Translations under genes and position numbers: made by a program
Shown: positions 44,343 through 55,578 of the stretch, one piece after another
How positions within the stretch are numbered: the first letter of the stretch is position 1
Layout: every line of letters starts with the position of its first letter
Source of the DNA: a virus
DNA: 64,000 nt
IMG/VR virus record: IMGVR_UViG_3300046804_001245
Coordinates: 32,001 to 96,000 of that record
Strand: one strand, 5' to 3'
Notes under the pieces: model-generated
What the model was told of the DNA's origin: nothing
Database searches by the model: none
The model's input: the letters and a program-made list of their open reading frames with translations, nothing else

Positions 44343-46166
44343 ATGGCAAGATTATTCGTAACTGGCATTAATCTGAATAAAAATGAACTTCAGAATGCCA
44401 GAATCCAAAACCTCAGCTCTGCGCCGTCTAGCCCAGTAGCAGGTCAAATTTATTTTAACACAACATCAAATGTATTATTCTTTTACAACGGAACTGAGTG
44501 GGTGCCAGCCTCTGGTTCAACGGAAGTAATTCAAGATGTTATCGGCTCTTCCGTAATTGGTGGAACTGGTTTAACTGCAGCATATAATGATACATCAGGC
44601 GAAACAACAATTGATTTAGACAACACTGCAGTCACACATGGTTCTTATGGAGGATCTGCAGGAAAAACTGTATCCTTTACAGTAGATCAGCAAGGTCGTT
44701 TAACTGCAGCTTCTGACACAAATATTTCAATTACAGCTTCTCAAGTATCAGATTTCACGGAAGCCACACAAGACGCAATATCAACAGCGCTAACAGAAGG
44801 CGAAGGAATTGATATCGTTTATAATGATGGATCAAACACTATCACAATTTCTGGCGAAGATGCCTCAGATACAAATAAAGGTGTTGCGTCATTCAGCGCA
44901 ACAGACTTTGTAGTAACAAGCGGAAACGTAACAATAAATTCAGAAAGTATTTCAGATATCGTTGGCGGAATGGTAACTGGAAATACAGAAACTGGAATTA
45001 CGGTTACTTATCAAGATGGAGATAATACTCTTGACTTCGCAGTAGCAGATCAATTCCCATCACATACTACATCAGATCTTGCTGAGGGTACAAATTTGTA
45101 CTATACAGAAGAGCGTGTACAAGATGAAATTGCTGATACTATAGTTGGCGGTACAGGAATCGATGCAACATATAATGATTCAGCTGGAACACTTACAATT
45201 GATATTGATTCAACTGTAGCTACAAAAGATGGATCACAAACATTAACAAATAAAGTTCTTGGTACAAGCACATCCCTTGGTGCAAATCTAGATGCTGGAA
45301 CCTACAAGATTACAAATCTTGGAACTCCAACAAATTCAACAGATGCAGCAACAAAAGCATATGTAGATGCAGTTTCTGAAGGCCTACATGTTCATGAGGC
45401 AGCAAAAGTTTATGTTGGAACAAATATTACTATCGCAACTGCTCTAGAAGCAGGAGACGTAGTAGATGGAGTAACTCTTGCTGCAGGAATGCGAGTATTG
45501 GTAAATGGCCAAACAACGCAGTCTGAAAATGGCATTTACGTAGTTCAAGCCTCTGGTGGACCAATACGTGCACTAGATTTTGATACTCCAACTGAAGTTG
45601 CTAGCGGAGACTTTATATTTGTTTCTTCTGGAACAAGTTATGGAAACACTGGATGGGTTCAAACAAATTCCCCAGCAACAATTGGAACAGATGCAATTAG
45701 CTTTACGCAGTTCTCTGGTGCTGGTACATATACAGCAGGAGCAGGATTAACCCTAACTGGAACAGTATTTAGCGCAGATGTAACTCCAACTTCTGGAAAT
45801 GCATCTCTTATCAATACTGGTGGAGCAATTGAAGTAAAGACTGATACATCTCGTGGTCTTTCTGTAGATGCTAATGGCTTGGGAGTAAATACAGGAACAG
45901 GACTCACATTTAGTTCTGGAGCTCTAACATTTTCTGCAGGATATGGAGTTCGTAAATTTGTAGACGATATCGGAGACGGTGCAGCTACAACTTATACAAT
46001 TTCACATAATCTTGGAACTAGAGATATATCAGTTCAAATATTTGAAAATGGATCACCATATGCTCAAGTTGAGGCAGATGTAGAACATGCTACTGTAAAT
46101 ACAGTAACAATTAAATTTGCAACTGCTCCAACATCAGCACAATATAGAGCGGTAATTGTTGGCTAA
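44343..46166 (+). CDS. tail fibre protein
   Basis: GQIYFNT, ITNLGTP...DAATKAYVD, RVLV..Q....NGIY, HNLGT. Confidence 0.8.
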   Translation: MARLFVTGINLNKNELQNARIQNLSSAPSSPVAGQIYFNTTSNVLFFYNGTEWVPASGSTEVIQDVIGSSVIGGTGLTAAYNDTSGETTIDLDNTAVTHGSYGGSAGKTVSFTVDQQGRLTAASDTNISITASQVSDFTEATQDAISTALTEGEGIDIVYNDGSNTITISGEDASDTNKGVASFSATDFVVTSGNVTINSESISDIVGGMVTGNTETGITVTYQDGDNTLDFAVADQFPSHTTSDLAEGTNLYYTEERVQDEIADTIVGGTGIDATYNDSAGTLTIDIDSTVATKDGSQTLTNKVLGTSTSLGANLDAGTYKITNLGTPTNSTDAATKAYVDAVSEGLHVHEAAKVYVGTNITIATALEAGDVVDGVTLAAGMRVLVNGQTTQSENGIYVVQASGGPIRALDFDTPTEVASGDFIFVSSGTSYGNTGWVQTNSPATIGTDAISFTQFSGAGTYTAGAGLTLTGTVFSADVTPTSGNASLINTGGAIEVKTDTSRGLSVDANGLGVNTGTGLTFSSGALTFSAGYGVRKFVDDIGDGAATTYTISHNLGTRDISVQIFENGSPYAQVEADVEHATVNTVTIKFATAPTSAQYRAVIVG

Positions 46167-46624
46167 TGGCTAAAAAGTTTTTAACTCCCGTCGTTCCGCC
46201 AGCCCTGGCTTCAGATCCAGCAAGCGGAACGATAGGAGCTATTTACTACAATACTGCTACTAATGTTTTAAAATTTTATAATGGTACTGCATGGACGGCA
46301 GTAGGAACTGGAGCTGGTTCATCTTCAGCATCAGCAATACAAGCTTTAGCAACAGCTCCGAATAGCCCAACTCAAGGTGCAGTTTATTTTGATACAACTG
46401 AACAAACAATTAAAGCTTATAATGGAACAATTTGGTACGATGTTGCTGGCCCTAAAGAATTATTGGATCACCAACACTATGCTGGAGAAGGTTTAGTACG
46501 CCATGTAGACTATGGACAATATGTAGATGAATTAAATTATATTGTTTCTATGGACGGCGGAACCGCAAGTTCATCCTATGCATCAGCACCAAACAATGAT
46601 ATAATTGACGGAGGAGTGGCATAG
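46166..46624 (+). CDS. fibre-associated protein
   Basis: Two GAIYYNT..K.YNGT.W repeats, IDGG end. Confidence 0.7.
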   Translation: MAKKFLTPVVPPALASDPASGTIGAIYYNTATNVLKFYNGTAWTAVGTGAGSSSASAIQALATAPNSPTQGAVYFDTTEQTIKAYNGTIWYDVAGPKELLDHQHYAGEGLVRHVDYGQYVDELNYIVSMDGGTASSSYASAPNNDIIDGGVA

Positions 46625-46627
46625 AAA

Positions 46628-49429
46628 ATGGCAGTTAGAATTCAGCTTCGTAGAGATACCGCCGCAAATTGGGTTTCTTCAAATCCAACACTGCGGGCGG
46701 GAGAAATTGGTATTGAAACAGATACCCTTAAATTTAAAGTAGGTACAGGTTCCACACCATGGAATTCAATTACTGCATATGCAAACGTAGTACCAGCAGA
46801 CCTAAATACAACCCTAAATGGATATTTAGAAGTTGGCGATTTGAGCAATACTGTGGCGGAAATTGTAGATGGAGCAGTCTATGTTCCAGGTACAGATATA
46901 GTATTTGAAGGAACTGCAAATGCTCATGAATTAACTCTTACTGCCCCAGATGTAACATCAGATAAAACAATTACATTGCCAGACGCTACAACCACTCTTG
47001 TAGGAACTGATGTTGCTCAAACTTTAACTAATAAGACTCTTACATCCCCCGTCGTTTCTGGTCTAAGCCTGTCTGATTCAAGCATCGTATTTGAAGGTGC
47101 AGTAGCAGACTCATATGAGACCACATTGACGGTCGGGGAACCAACAGCAGATCGCACAATTACTCTTCCAGATGTTACTGGTACAGTAGTTACAACAGGC
47201 GACACAGGTTCTGTAACAAATGCAATGTTAGCAGGATCAATTGCTAATGATAAATTAGCTGGATCTATCTCTAATGATAAACTAGCTGGATCAATATCAA
47301 ATGATAAACTTTCAAATTCATCAATTACAATTAACGGAACTGCAACATCTCTTGGTGGAACAAGAACTCTTGGTTCAGATGATATTTCAGAAGGTTCTAC
47401 AAATAAATATTTTACAGATGAACGTGCACAAGACGCTGTAGCGGCAGCAATAGCAGCAGGAACTCATACAAACGTAACAATTACTTATGATGATAATGCT
47501 AATACTCTAAGCTTTACAGGTGCAGTAACGTATACAGATGAAAATGCTCAGGATGCCGTCGGAAATGCCGTTGGAAACGGTCTAGACTATGACGATAATA
47601 CTGGAGCAATTTCTGTAGATCCATCAGAATTTGCCCTAAGCGCAGTTGGTGCGCCTACTGGCAATATTGATCTCGGTACATATAAAATTACAAATTTAGG
47701 AACTCCAACATCATCGGCAGATGCTGCAACTAAGGCTTATGTAGATAATACTACTGCTGGACTTAACTTTCATGCCGCCGTTCATGCAGCAACAACTGCA
47801 AATCTAGATGCAACATATGCAAATGGTACAGGCGGAGTAGGTGCAACTCTTACTGCAAATGCTAATGGAGCCTTATCATTAGATGGGCACACACTTTCAG
47901 CAGATGAGCGAGTTCTTGTTAAGAATCAAACGACTGGATCTCAAAACGGTATTTATGTAGTAACAGCCACAGGAGATGGATCAAATCCATATATCCTAAC
48001 TCGTGCTACAGATGCTGATAATTCACCAGCAGGTGAAGTAGCATACGGAGATTTCTGCTTTGTACAAAATGGCGGGCAGGCAGGATATGGATTTATTGTA
48101 AATACAACTGGTTCAATTACAATTGGAACAACCGCAATTTCATATGTTCAGTTTAATGCTGGTCAGGTTGTAGTTGCTGGAAATGGTCTAACCGAAACAA
48201 CCCCAGGAACCCTGGCAATTAATACAGCAGTTACTGTTGACCTAAATACAGCACAAACTCTGACCAATAAAACAATTACAGGATCATTCACAGGTAATTT
48301 AACTGGAAATGCAGATACTGCAACAAATGGAGTAGTTACAACTGGATCTTATTCAAATCCTTCGTGGATAACTAGCCTTGGATGGTCTAAAATATCATCT
48401 ACTCCAACTACAATTTCAGGATATGGAATTACAAATGCAGTTGTAACAGATGCAGCAAATACTATTACTGCCGCTTCTGCTTCAACAAAACCATTAATTA
48501 TTAAAGCAGCAGCATCTCAATCTGCCAATCTTCAAGAGTGGCAGAATAGTAGTGGAACTGTAATGGCAACAATAGATTCCAATGGAAATCTAAAAACAGA
48601 ATATCTTTTAGATAAAGCAAATGGTGGAAGTTATATTCAACTTCAATCAAATAATGCAGTATTGTTGTCTACACGCTCATCAACAAATAAGGGTTTACTT
48701 GTTCAAGGTGTTGCTTCACAATCAGCTAGCCTTCAAGAATGGCAAAATTCAAGCGGAACAGTATTAGCTAAAGTTGATCCTTCAGGTAATTTAACAGCAG
48801 CATCTATAGTTAAATCTGGAGGAACTTCAAGTCAATATTTAATGGCAGATGGTTCTACAAATTCAACTGTAGCAACAACATCTGGTGGAACTGGATTAAC
48901 CTCATATGCAACTGGAGATATCCTTTACGCCTCCGCCACAAATACATTAAGCAAACTTTCGGCAGGAACAGACGGATATCTACTAACACTATCATCTGGT
49001 GCTCCTACATGGGCAGCAGCACCAATTAGCTTGCCAGCTCAAAGCGGGTCTACCGTAGGCAAGTATTTACAGTCAGATGGGACAAGCGCTTCTTGGCAAA
49101 CTCTAGTAGTTCCAATTGAAACAGGTACTGCTACTCTAACTGCAAATACTGCAACAACTATTAGCACTACCGCCCTTTCAGCATTCACCTCAATTGAATA
49201 TATGGTATCGCTAAAGCAGGGATCAAAGGTCAGAACATCTAAGGTAGTAATGCAGACTGACGGAACTTCTGTTGATATGACAGAATTTGCAATTACAGAA
49301 ACTGGCGGAACAATGTCAGGAGTAGTAGTTTCAGCAACAACAGCATCAACAAATGGAGTTTTACAGGTAACTGTAACAGATGCATCAAGCACAAACGTAG
49401 ATGTAAAATTCAGCAAAGTAAAGTTGTAG
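46628..49429 (+). CDS. long tail fibre with Mtd-type N-terminal domain
   Basis: IQLRRDTAANW...NPTL..GEIGIETDT.KFK.G; 3 x GSIxNDKL; SQSANLQEWQNSSG repeats. Confidence 0.85.
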   Translation: MAVRIQLRRDTAANWVSSNPTLRAGEIGIETDTLKFKVGTGSTPWNSITAYANVVPADLNTTLNGYLEVGDLSNTVAEIVDGAVYVPGTDIVFEGTANAHELTLTAPDVTSDKTITLPDATTTLVGTDVAQTLTNKTLTSPVVSGLSLSDSSIVFEGAVADSYETTLTVGEPTADRTITLPDVTGTVVTTGDTGSVTNAMLAGSIANDKLAGSISNDKLAGSISNDKLSNSSITINGTATSLGGTRTLGSDDISEGSTNKYFTDERAQDAVAAAIAAGTHTNVTITYDDNANTLSFTGAVTYTDENAQDAVGNAVGNGLDYDDNTGAISVDPSEFALSAVGAPTGNIDLGTYKITNLGTPTSSADAATKAYVDNTTAGLNFHAAVHAATTANLDATYANGTGGVGATLTANANGALSLDGHTLSADERVLVKNQTTGSQNGIYVVTATGDGSNPYILTRATDADNSPAGEVAYGDFCFVQNGGQAGYGFIVNTTGSITIGTTAISYVQFNAGQVVVAGNGLTETTPGTLAINTAVTVDLNTAQTLTNKTITGSFTGNLTGNADTATNGVVTTGSYSNPSWITSLGWSKISSTPTTISGYGITNAVVTDAANTITAASASTKPLIIKAAASQSANLQEWQNSSGTVMATIDSNGNLKTEYLLDKANGGSYIQLQSNNAVLLSTRSSTNKGLLVQGVASQSASLQEWQNSSGTVLAKVDPSGNLTAASIVKSGGTSSQYLMADGSTNSTVATTSGGTGLTSYATGDILYASATNTLSKLSAGTDGYLLTLSSGAPTWAAAPISLPAQSGSTVGKYLQSDGTSASWQTLVVPIETGTATLTANTATTISTTALSAFTSIEYMVSLKQGSKVRTSKVVMQTDGTSVDMTEFAITETGGTMSGVVVSATTASTNGVLQVTVTDASSTNVDVKFSKVKL

Positions 49430-49440
49430 GAGGGAAGTAA

Positions 49441-50592
49441 GTGTCAGATAAAAACTTTAAAGTAAAATCTGGACTAAATATCCCGATTACTTCCGCCGCC
49501 ATTCTAACTACTGATGCAAGCGGAAATATTTCATCCACTGCAGTTCTTCCAATTACGGCTGGCGGAACAGGACAAACATCAGCAACTAATGCTATAAATG
49601 CCTTACTTCCAGTACAAAACGGATCTACAGTAAATTATGCTCTACAATCGGACGGCAGCAATGTAAATTGGGGCAAATTATATAATCAAACAATTAAGAA
49701 TAACGGAACAACAGTTACCCCAAGAGGAATAGTAAATGTAGTAGGTGCTACATTTTCAGATGATTCTGGAACAGATACTACAACAATTACATTTACAGAT
49801 ACTACTGGAGTTTCAACATCTGGCGGATCTACAATTACTGCCGCTTCGGCATCTACAAAGGGTTTAATTATAAAAGGCGCAGCCTCTCAAACCGCTAATC
49901 TTACTGAATGGCAAACAAATGCAGGAGCTATGGTTGCATATGTAGATTCAAATGGATCAGCATTTTTCAATAGTAATCTTCAAGTCAATGGAGTTGCTGC
50001 AGTAGGCGGAGGCCCACAAGCATATTCTCAACTTATTATTCAAACAAATTCAGCAACTAGAAATGGCTTAGTAATAAAAGCAGCATCTAGTCAAACCGCC
50101 AACCTTCAAGAATGGCAGAATAATAGCGGTACAGTATTAGCTTCCATTGATCCTAATGGACAAATAAGAACACCACAGATTTTAAATACAGCCTCTTTTA
50201 ATAATTCTCGTTTACAAATGACAAGTACTGGTTCCTTATTTGATGTAGGCGTGGCTTCTAATGTGGCTTTACGTGTTCGTGGCGCCGCCTCCCAAACCGC
50301 CAATCTTCAAGAGTGGCAAAATTCGGGGGGAACTGTATTGGCTAAAGTAGATTCATCTGGCTCTATGTTTACCACAACTGCGACGGCAGGAACAAATACA
50401 ACTCAAGTAGCAACAACAGAATTTGTTAAAACTGCGATAGATAATTTAATAGCATCTGCGCCAGGAACCCTAGATACTCTTGATGAAATTGCACAAGCTC
50501 TAAATGATGATCCTAATTTCTATACAACTATAACTACTTTGACAAATGCATTAGCAGAGCAAGATTCATATACACTAATGGGGGTCTTTTAA
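49441..50592 (+). CDS. tail fibre protein
   Basis: DKNFKVK start, three SQTANLxEWQ repeats, ATTEFV...APGTLDTL.EIA.AL.DDPNF. Confidence 0.8.
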   Translation: MSDKNFKVKSGLNIPITSAAILTTDASGNISSTAVLPITAGGTGQTSATNAINALLPVQNGSTVNYALQSDGSNVNWGKLYNQTIKNNGTTVTPRGIVNVVGATFSDDSGTDTTTITFTDTTGVSTSGGSTITAASASTKGLIIKGAASQTANLTEWQTNAGAMVAYVDSNGSAFFNSNLQVNGVAAVGGGPQAYSQLIIQTNSATRNGLVIKAASSQTANLQEWQNNSGTVLASIDPNGQIRTPQILNTASFNNSRLQMTSTGSLFDVGVASNVALRVRGAASQTANLQEWQNSGGTVLAKVDSSGSMFTTTATAGTNTTQVATTEFVKTAIDNLIASAPGTLDTLDEIAQALNDDPNFYTTITTLTNALAEQDSYTLMGVF

Positions 50593-50901
50593 ATGGCAGC
50601 AACACCAGCATTGTTTTATAGAGGGGCGGCAGCAACAAGTTCTGCAACTCTTTACACCTCCCCAAATACTGCAGGAGCAAAGGCGGTATTAACAGACATA
50701 GTAATATCAAATACGTCTTCAAGTCAACAATATGTTACAATGACAGTAGATGGTATTAATATTCTGCCTACCGTCCCAGTTTCTGCAAATACAGTAATTA
50801 ATTTACAGCCAAAAACAGTTATGGGACAAAATAAAATATTAGCAGGATATGCTAGTAGTACAGATGTTAAATTTCATATATCAGGAGTTGAGATTGCATG
50901 A
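50593..50901 (+). CDS. small virion protein
   Basis: TLYTSP...I.ISN...FHISGVEI. Confidence 0.7.
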   Translation: MAATPALFYRGAAATSSATLYTSPNTAGAKAVLTDIVISNTSSSQQYVTMTVDGINILPTVPVSANTVINLQPKTVMGQNKILAGYASSTDVKFHISGVEIA

Positions 50902-52055
50902 TAGATCAGTATCCATCGGCTAATGGCGTATTAACAAGTCTTATTTGGCGGAAGACAATGAGCGGCGGAGAAACAAGTCTTTCAGGATATGATAATGCAT
51001 CACAAGCTCTTTCATATACTCCAGGGCAGGAACAAGTATATCTCAATGGTATTCTTCTAGTTCGTGGAGATGACTATACAGCTACAAATGGTACATCAAT
51101 TACAGGCTTAACCGCATTGTCCGCCTCGGACTTTGTTCAAGTAAATTGCTATAATAATTTTAGCGTAGCTACGCTACCTACATCTGGACTAACTGGCACA
51201 ATTTCAAATGCACAATTACAGAATTCAAGTATTACTATAAATGGATCTGCGGTATCTCTAGGTGGATCAGTTTCCCTTCCTGGAGATATTGAGAGCGTTA
51301 CAGCCTCATCTCCTTTAACAGGCGGCGGATCAAGTGGAGCGGTAACAATAGGAATTCAATCTGCTTCTACAACTCAATCAGGAGCAGTTCAATTAACAGA
51401 TTCAACATCTTCAACTTCCACATCAACTGCAGCTACTCCAAATTCAGTTAAATCGGCATATGATTTAGCAAATGGAGCAATTCAAAAAACTTTAACTACT
51501 ACTACTGGAGATATTATATATGCATCATCTGCAAATACTCCAGCTAGACTTGGAATTGGATCAAGCGGACAAGTATTGTCTGTGTCAGCAGGTATTCCAA
51601 GTTGGCAAACAATTTCAACATCTCCCACATTCAAAGGGTGCGCTGTAAGGGCTTCAAATTCAATAAGTGCTTCTAATGACACTTGGACATTTCCAGTCAT
51701 GGATTTGGAAGATTTTGATACAGATAATTTTCATAGCACAACTGTTAATCCAACAAGAATCACAATTCCTTCAGGACTGGGTGGAAAGTATTTAGTTGTT
51801 GGACAACTTTTTTGGGACCAAAGTTCCAGTGGGGCAAGAAATACACAAATATACAAAAATGGTTCAGGTGTTGGTTGGGTTAATTATGCACCAACCCCCA
51901 CTTGGGGTGGTGGTGGTTCTTGGCCAAGCACACCAACCGTAAGAATTCTAAGTCTTGTTGCTGGTGATTATTTGGAACTTGCAGGTATGCAACAAAGTGG
52001 CGGAACACTAAACTTAAGCACATGGACATTTGCTGTCCAATATTTAGGAGCATAG
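50898..52055 (+). CDS. tail fibre protein with C1q-like tip
   Basis: VYLNGILL, GAVQLTDS..AATPNSVKSAYD, RITIP..GKYLV, L.AGDYLEL. Confidence 0.75.
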   Translation: MIDQYPSANGVLTSLIWRKTMSGGETSLSGYDNASQALSYTPGQEQVYLNGILLVRGDDYTATNGTSITGLTALSASDFVQVNCYNNFSVATLPTSGLTGTISNAQLQNSSITINGSAVSLGGSVSLPGDIESVTASSPLTGGGSSGAVTIGIQSASTTQSGAVQLTDSTSSTSTSTAATPNSVKSAYDLANGAIQKTLTTTTGDIIYASSANTPARLGIGSSGQVLSVSAGIPSWQTISTSPTFKGCAVRASNSISASNDTWTFPVMDLEDFDTDNFHSTTVNPTRITIPSGLGGKYLVVGQLFWDQSSSGARNTQIYKNGSGVGWVNYAPTPTWGGGGSWPSTPTVRILSLVAGDYLELAGMQQSGGTLNLSTWTFAVQYLGA

Positions 52056-52059
52056 AAAA

Positions 52060-52332
52060 ATGATTAGATTTAACAAACCAGCAAACTTAAATGGCGCAGA
52101 ACTAAAACAAGAATTAAAAGCGGCAGGGATAGTGTTCATTGACGAGGTGGATGGATTACATCTAAAAGGTGATGATTTATTCATCAATATTTCTGAAAAT
52201 GATACTGAATTAGCACTACCGATTGTCAATTCTCATAATGGAACAGTAATTGCACCAGAACCAACAGTTGCTGATAAACTAGCGGCAGCAGGATTAACAA
52301 TAGAAGAATTAAAGGAAGCTTTAGGAATATAA
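52060..52332 (+). CDS. fibre chaperone-like protein
   Basis: C-terminal PTVADKLAAAGLTIEELKEALG. Confidence 0.6.
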   Translation: MIRFNKPANLNGAELKQELKAAGIVFIDEVDGLHLKGDDLFINISENDTELALPIVNSHNGTVIAPEPTVADKLAAAGLTIEELKEALGI

Positions 52333-52341
52333 GGAGGTATT

Positions 52342-53667
52342 ATGAGCAAGGCTAGAGATCTTTCTAACCTTTTCTCCGCCTCCACAGATGTGGCGACGGA
52401 TGCAGAAGTAAACTCTGCTATTGCTAATCATGCCTCTAGTACAACTAATAGACATTATAAGGCAGGCAACACTGCTTCCCGCCCCGCTTCTCCGAATATA
52501 GGAGATATATATTCAAATACAGAAACAGCATTTACAGAAGTATATTCTGGTTCGACATATGGGTGGGAACAAATTGGTGGAGTTGCCTCTACAGTAACTG
52601 GTGTCACTGCAACAAATCAAGGATCTAGTAGGGAATTTAATAATGGCCAAGCATCAGTATCTTTTACACCAGGTACAGTATTAGGTAGAACGTATACAGC
52701 TACTTCATCACCAGGATCATATACGAATACAGGTTCTTCGTCTCCAATTGTAGTCACAGGTCTACAATCATCTACTCAATATACTTATACTGTTACAGCT
52801 ACAAATAATTATGGGACATCTTCTTCATCTTCTGCCTCTTCAGGTGTTACTGCAACAACTGTGCCACAGGCACCTACAATTGGTACGGCTACAGGAGCAG
52901 ATCAATCCGCAACATTAACTTTTACGGCGGGAGCAACTGGCGGATCTTCAATAACTAACTATAAATATTCAACAGATAACATAACATACACAGCATTTAG
53001 TCCTGCTCAAACATCTTCTCCATTAACTATATCTGGATTAACAAATGGACAAAACTATTCATTCTATTTAAAAGCAGTAAATGCAAACGGAGATTCTGCA
53101 GCATCTGCAGCAAGTAATTCTATAACAGCAGCGCCACCTACTGCTTTTGAATCTATTGCTACAGTAACTATAGGTAATGATAATCCGACAACTATTACCT
53201 TTAGTTCTATACCTAGCACGTTTACTCATCTACAAATTCGTGGCATCTCTCGTTGCGGAAGAACTGACGGAGAAGATAACTACATACTACGGTTCAATAG
53301 TGATTCTGGTAATAACTATGCACATCATAAAGTATATGCAACTGGAAGTGCTGTTGCTTCAGCTGCTACTATATCAACATCTGGAATCAATTTAGATTCT
53401 TCTATTTCAAGTCCTTATATTGGTACAAATAATTTTGCCCCACTCATACTTGATATTTTAAATTATTCTAATACAAGCAAATATAAAACAGTCAGATATA
53501 TGTCTGGTGTCGACTCTAACGGCGGAAATAGAGATAGAATCTTTTTTGCTTCTGGATTATGGCAAAGTACCAGTGCTATTACTTCTATTACATTGTTAGC
53601 AGACGCAAGCCAGACATTATCACAATACACGACTTTAGCTCTTTATGGAATAAGGGCGGCCGCATAA
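52342..53667 (+). CDS. Fn3-containing fibre/adhesin protein
   Basis: Two fibronectin-III repeats (VTGL..YTYTVTA.N..G), C-terminal ITFSSIP..HLQIR...ALYGI domain. Confidence 0.8.
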   Translation: MSKARDLSNLFSASTDVATDAEVNSAIANHASSTTNRHYKAGNTASRPASPNIGDIYSNTETAFTEVYSGSTYGWEQIGGVASTVTGVTATNQGSSREFNNGQASVSFTPGTVLGRTYTATSSPGSYTNTGSSSPIVVTGLQSSTQYTYTVTATNNYGTSSSSSASSGVTATTVPQAPTIGTATGADQSATLTFTAGATGGSSITNYKYSTDNITYTAFSPAQTSSPLTISGLTNGQNYSFYLKAVNANGDSAASAASNSITAAPPTAFESIATVTIGNDNPTTITFSSIPSTFTHLQIRGISRCGRTDGEDNYILRFNSDSGNNYAHHKVYATGSAVASAATISTSGINLDSSISSPYIGTNNFAPLILDILNYSNTSKYKTVRYMSGVDSNGGNRDRIFFASGLWQSTSAITSITLLADASQTLSQYTTLALYGIRAAA

Positions 53668-53698
53668 TGACAACTAACTTTACAAAGGCAGGTGCATA

Positions 53699-54211
53699 AT
53701 GGCAGCAGGAGCAACATACGAACCGATTGCAACGACAACGCTAACAAGCACATCTTCAAGCGTAGTATTCTCATCCATTCCTCAGACATATACAGATTTA
53801 GTCGTAGTATTTGTTGGAAAAAATACAACTGCGAACGTTGCTATGACTGGTGAATTTGATTTGAATGGTGATGGTGGTAACAATTACTCATCTACTCAAT
53901 TCAATTTAGATAATACATCAGGTAGAGGTACTAATAATAATGGTGGCTATTACGGACAGTTATACAGAAATAGCGTATCTACAGCTATAATTAATTTTAT
54001 GAATTATAGTAGCTCAAATACCTATAAAACTTGGTTGAGTAGATGGTCAACCTTGGGTGGTAGCGATGGCGCTAACTTAGGTGGAGCGATTCTTGGAATG
54101 TGGCGCAACACTAACGCAATTACAGAAATAAATTTTAATAGACCAGCAGGAGAATCGGGAAGTTTCGAAGCTGGTTGTACTTGGACTTTGTACGGAATAA
54201 AGGCGGCATAA
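53699..54211 (+). CDS. virion protein of the FSSIPQTYTDL paralog family
   Basis: TYEPIAT..VVFSSIPQTYTDL...W.NT.AIT...TLYGIK. Confidence 0.75.
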   Translation: MAAGATYEPIATTTLTSTSSSVVFSSIPQTYTDLVVVFVGKNTTANVAMTGEFDLNGDGGNNYSSTQFNLDNTSGRGTNNNGGYYGQLYRNSVSTAIINFMNYSSSNTYKTWLSRWSTLGGSDGANLGGAILGMWRNTNAITEINFNRPAGESGSFEAGCTWTLYGIKAA

Positions 54212-54738
54212 TGGCAAATACATATCAAGCAATAGCAACTGTTAGTGTGGGTAGTGGTGGAACTAGTAGTATTTCGTTTTCGTCAATTCCTCAAACATTT
54301 ACCGATTTATGTATTCTTTTGTCATTGAAAAATCCATCAACAACGACAGCCGAAAATGGTGAAGATATGTCTTTTAGACTTAATGGTGATACGGGAAATA
54401 ACTATTATTCTAAAATTTTTTACAGAACTCCTAGTCAAGGTTCAGCATCTACTACTGGAACATCTATGACGTGGGTTGGTCAAAGCAATAATAATGCAAA
54501 TACTATGACAAACACATTTTCAAATATATGCGTATACATTCCAAACTATACTTCTAGTAATGCAAAATCACTATTAAGTGATAGCGTTGCAGAGGCTAAC
54601 GCTAATACTTATGGATTTCTTATGACTGCTGGACTTTGGAACAATGCTGCTGCTATAACAAGCATGAGTTGGACTCCAAATAGCGGGACATTTTTGCAGC
54701 ATACAACTGCAACACTTTACGGAATCAAAAAATCATAA
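54211..54738 (+). CDS. virion protein of the FSSIPQTYTDL paralog family
   Basis: Start MANTYQ; ISFSSIPQTFTDL...YIPNY...TATLYGIK. Confidence 0.75.
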   Translation: MANTYQAIATVSVGSGGTSSISFSSIPQTFTDLCILLSLKNPSTTTAENGEDMSFRLNGDTGNNYYSKIFYRTPSQGSASTTGTSMTWVGQSNNNANTMTNTFSNICVYIPNYTSSNAKSLLSDSVAEANANTYGFLMTAGLWNNAAAITSMSWTPNSGTFLQHTTATLYGIKKS

Positions 54739-54792
54739 TGTGGTATAAATAATAGATAAATGCTATAATGTATAAACAAAAAGGAGGCAAAA

Positions 54793-55029
54793 ATGACTGA
54801 AACACTAACAAAAATAGTAGTAGATTGTGCTACAGGAGAACAATCTATTGTTCCTTTGACCGCCGAAGAAATTGCTCAGCGTGAAGCAGATGCAGCAGCA
54901 TATGCCGAAGCGGAAGCAGCTCGTGTGGCGGCAGAAGAAGCAAAAGCAGATCTTAAAGCATCAGCAAAAGCTAAGCTTATTGCTGGTCAACCATTGACAG
55001 AAGAAGAAGCAGCTGTACTAGTAATCTAA
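54793..55029 (+). CDS. fibre chaperone-like small protein
   Basis: VDCATGE...PLTAEEIAQ...AKAKL..LTEEEA; AAGGAGG RBS. Confidence 0.7.
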   Translation: MTETLTKIVVDCATGEQSIVPLTAEEIAQREADAAAYAEAEAARVAAEEAKADLKASAKAKLIAGQPLTEEEAAVLVI

Positions 55030-55578
55030 ATGCCTTTGCAGAGGTGCCAAACATGTAAGGTTGAAAAGAGCCTTACAGAATTTTCTAAAAATAAAAATAA
55101 TGAAAATGGGCACTGCAAGGCATGTAAAACATGCGAAAATTTGAGATCTAAAAAAAGATATCAAAAGGTCGGATGGAAGATGAGACAGCAGATGGCGGAT
55201 CAAAGAATAAGAGAATATGACAAAAGAATAGAGATAGAGAGACGTTCTAGGGCTAAAAATATTAATAAAATTAGAGCTTCTAAAATATTAAGTCAGGCTA
55301 AAAGAAAGCAAAGGCTATCTCAATCTAAAGTATATGCCATTTCAAATAAAGATTTAAATAGGCTATATACTGATCAATGCTATAATTGTGGAAGTAAGGA
55401 AAACCAGAGCATAGATCACAGAATTCCTATCTCCAGGAACGGTGATCATGGAATTGGAAACATGATGACGCTATGCAAATCATGTAATGCGAGTAAGAAA
55501 GACAGGACCATTATGGAGTGGAAACTGTCAAAAGTTAAACAAGGAGGAAACAAAATTGGCACATTATTCATTTCTTGA
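55030..55578 (+). mobile_element. free-standing HNH homing endonuclease gene
   Basis: CQTC..CKAC N-terminal finger; CYNCG..DHRIPISRNG.H...N...LCKSCNASK; interrupts the fibre cluster and overlaps the next gene. Confidence 0.85.

Noticed and set aside
46628-49429. Mtd-like fibre as a diversity-generating retroelement target
   Set aside because: No reverse transcriptase, and no template/variable repeat pair differing at adenines, was seen in this window.
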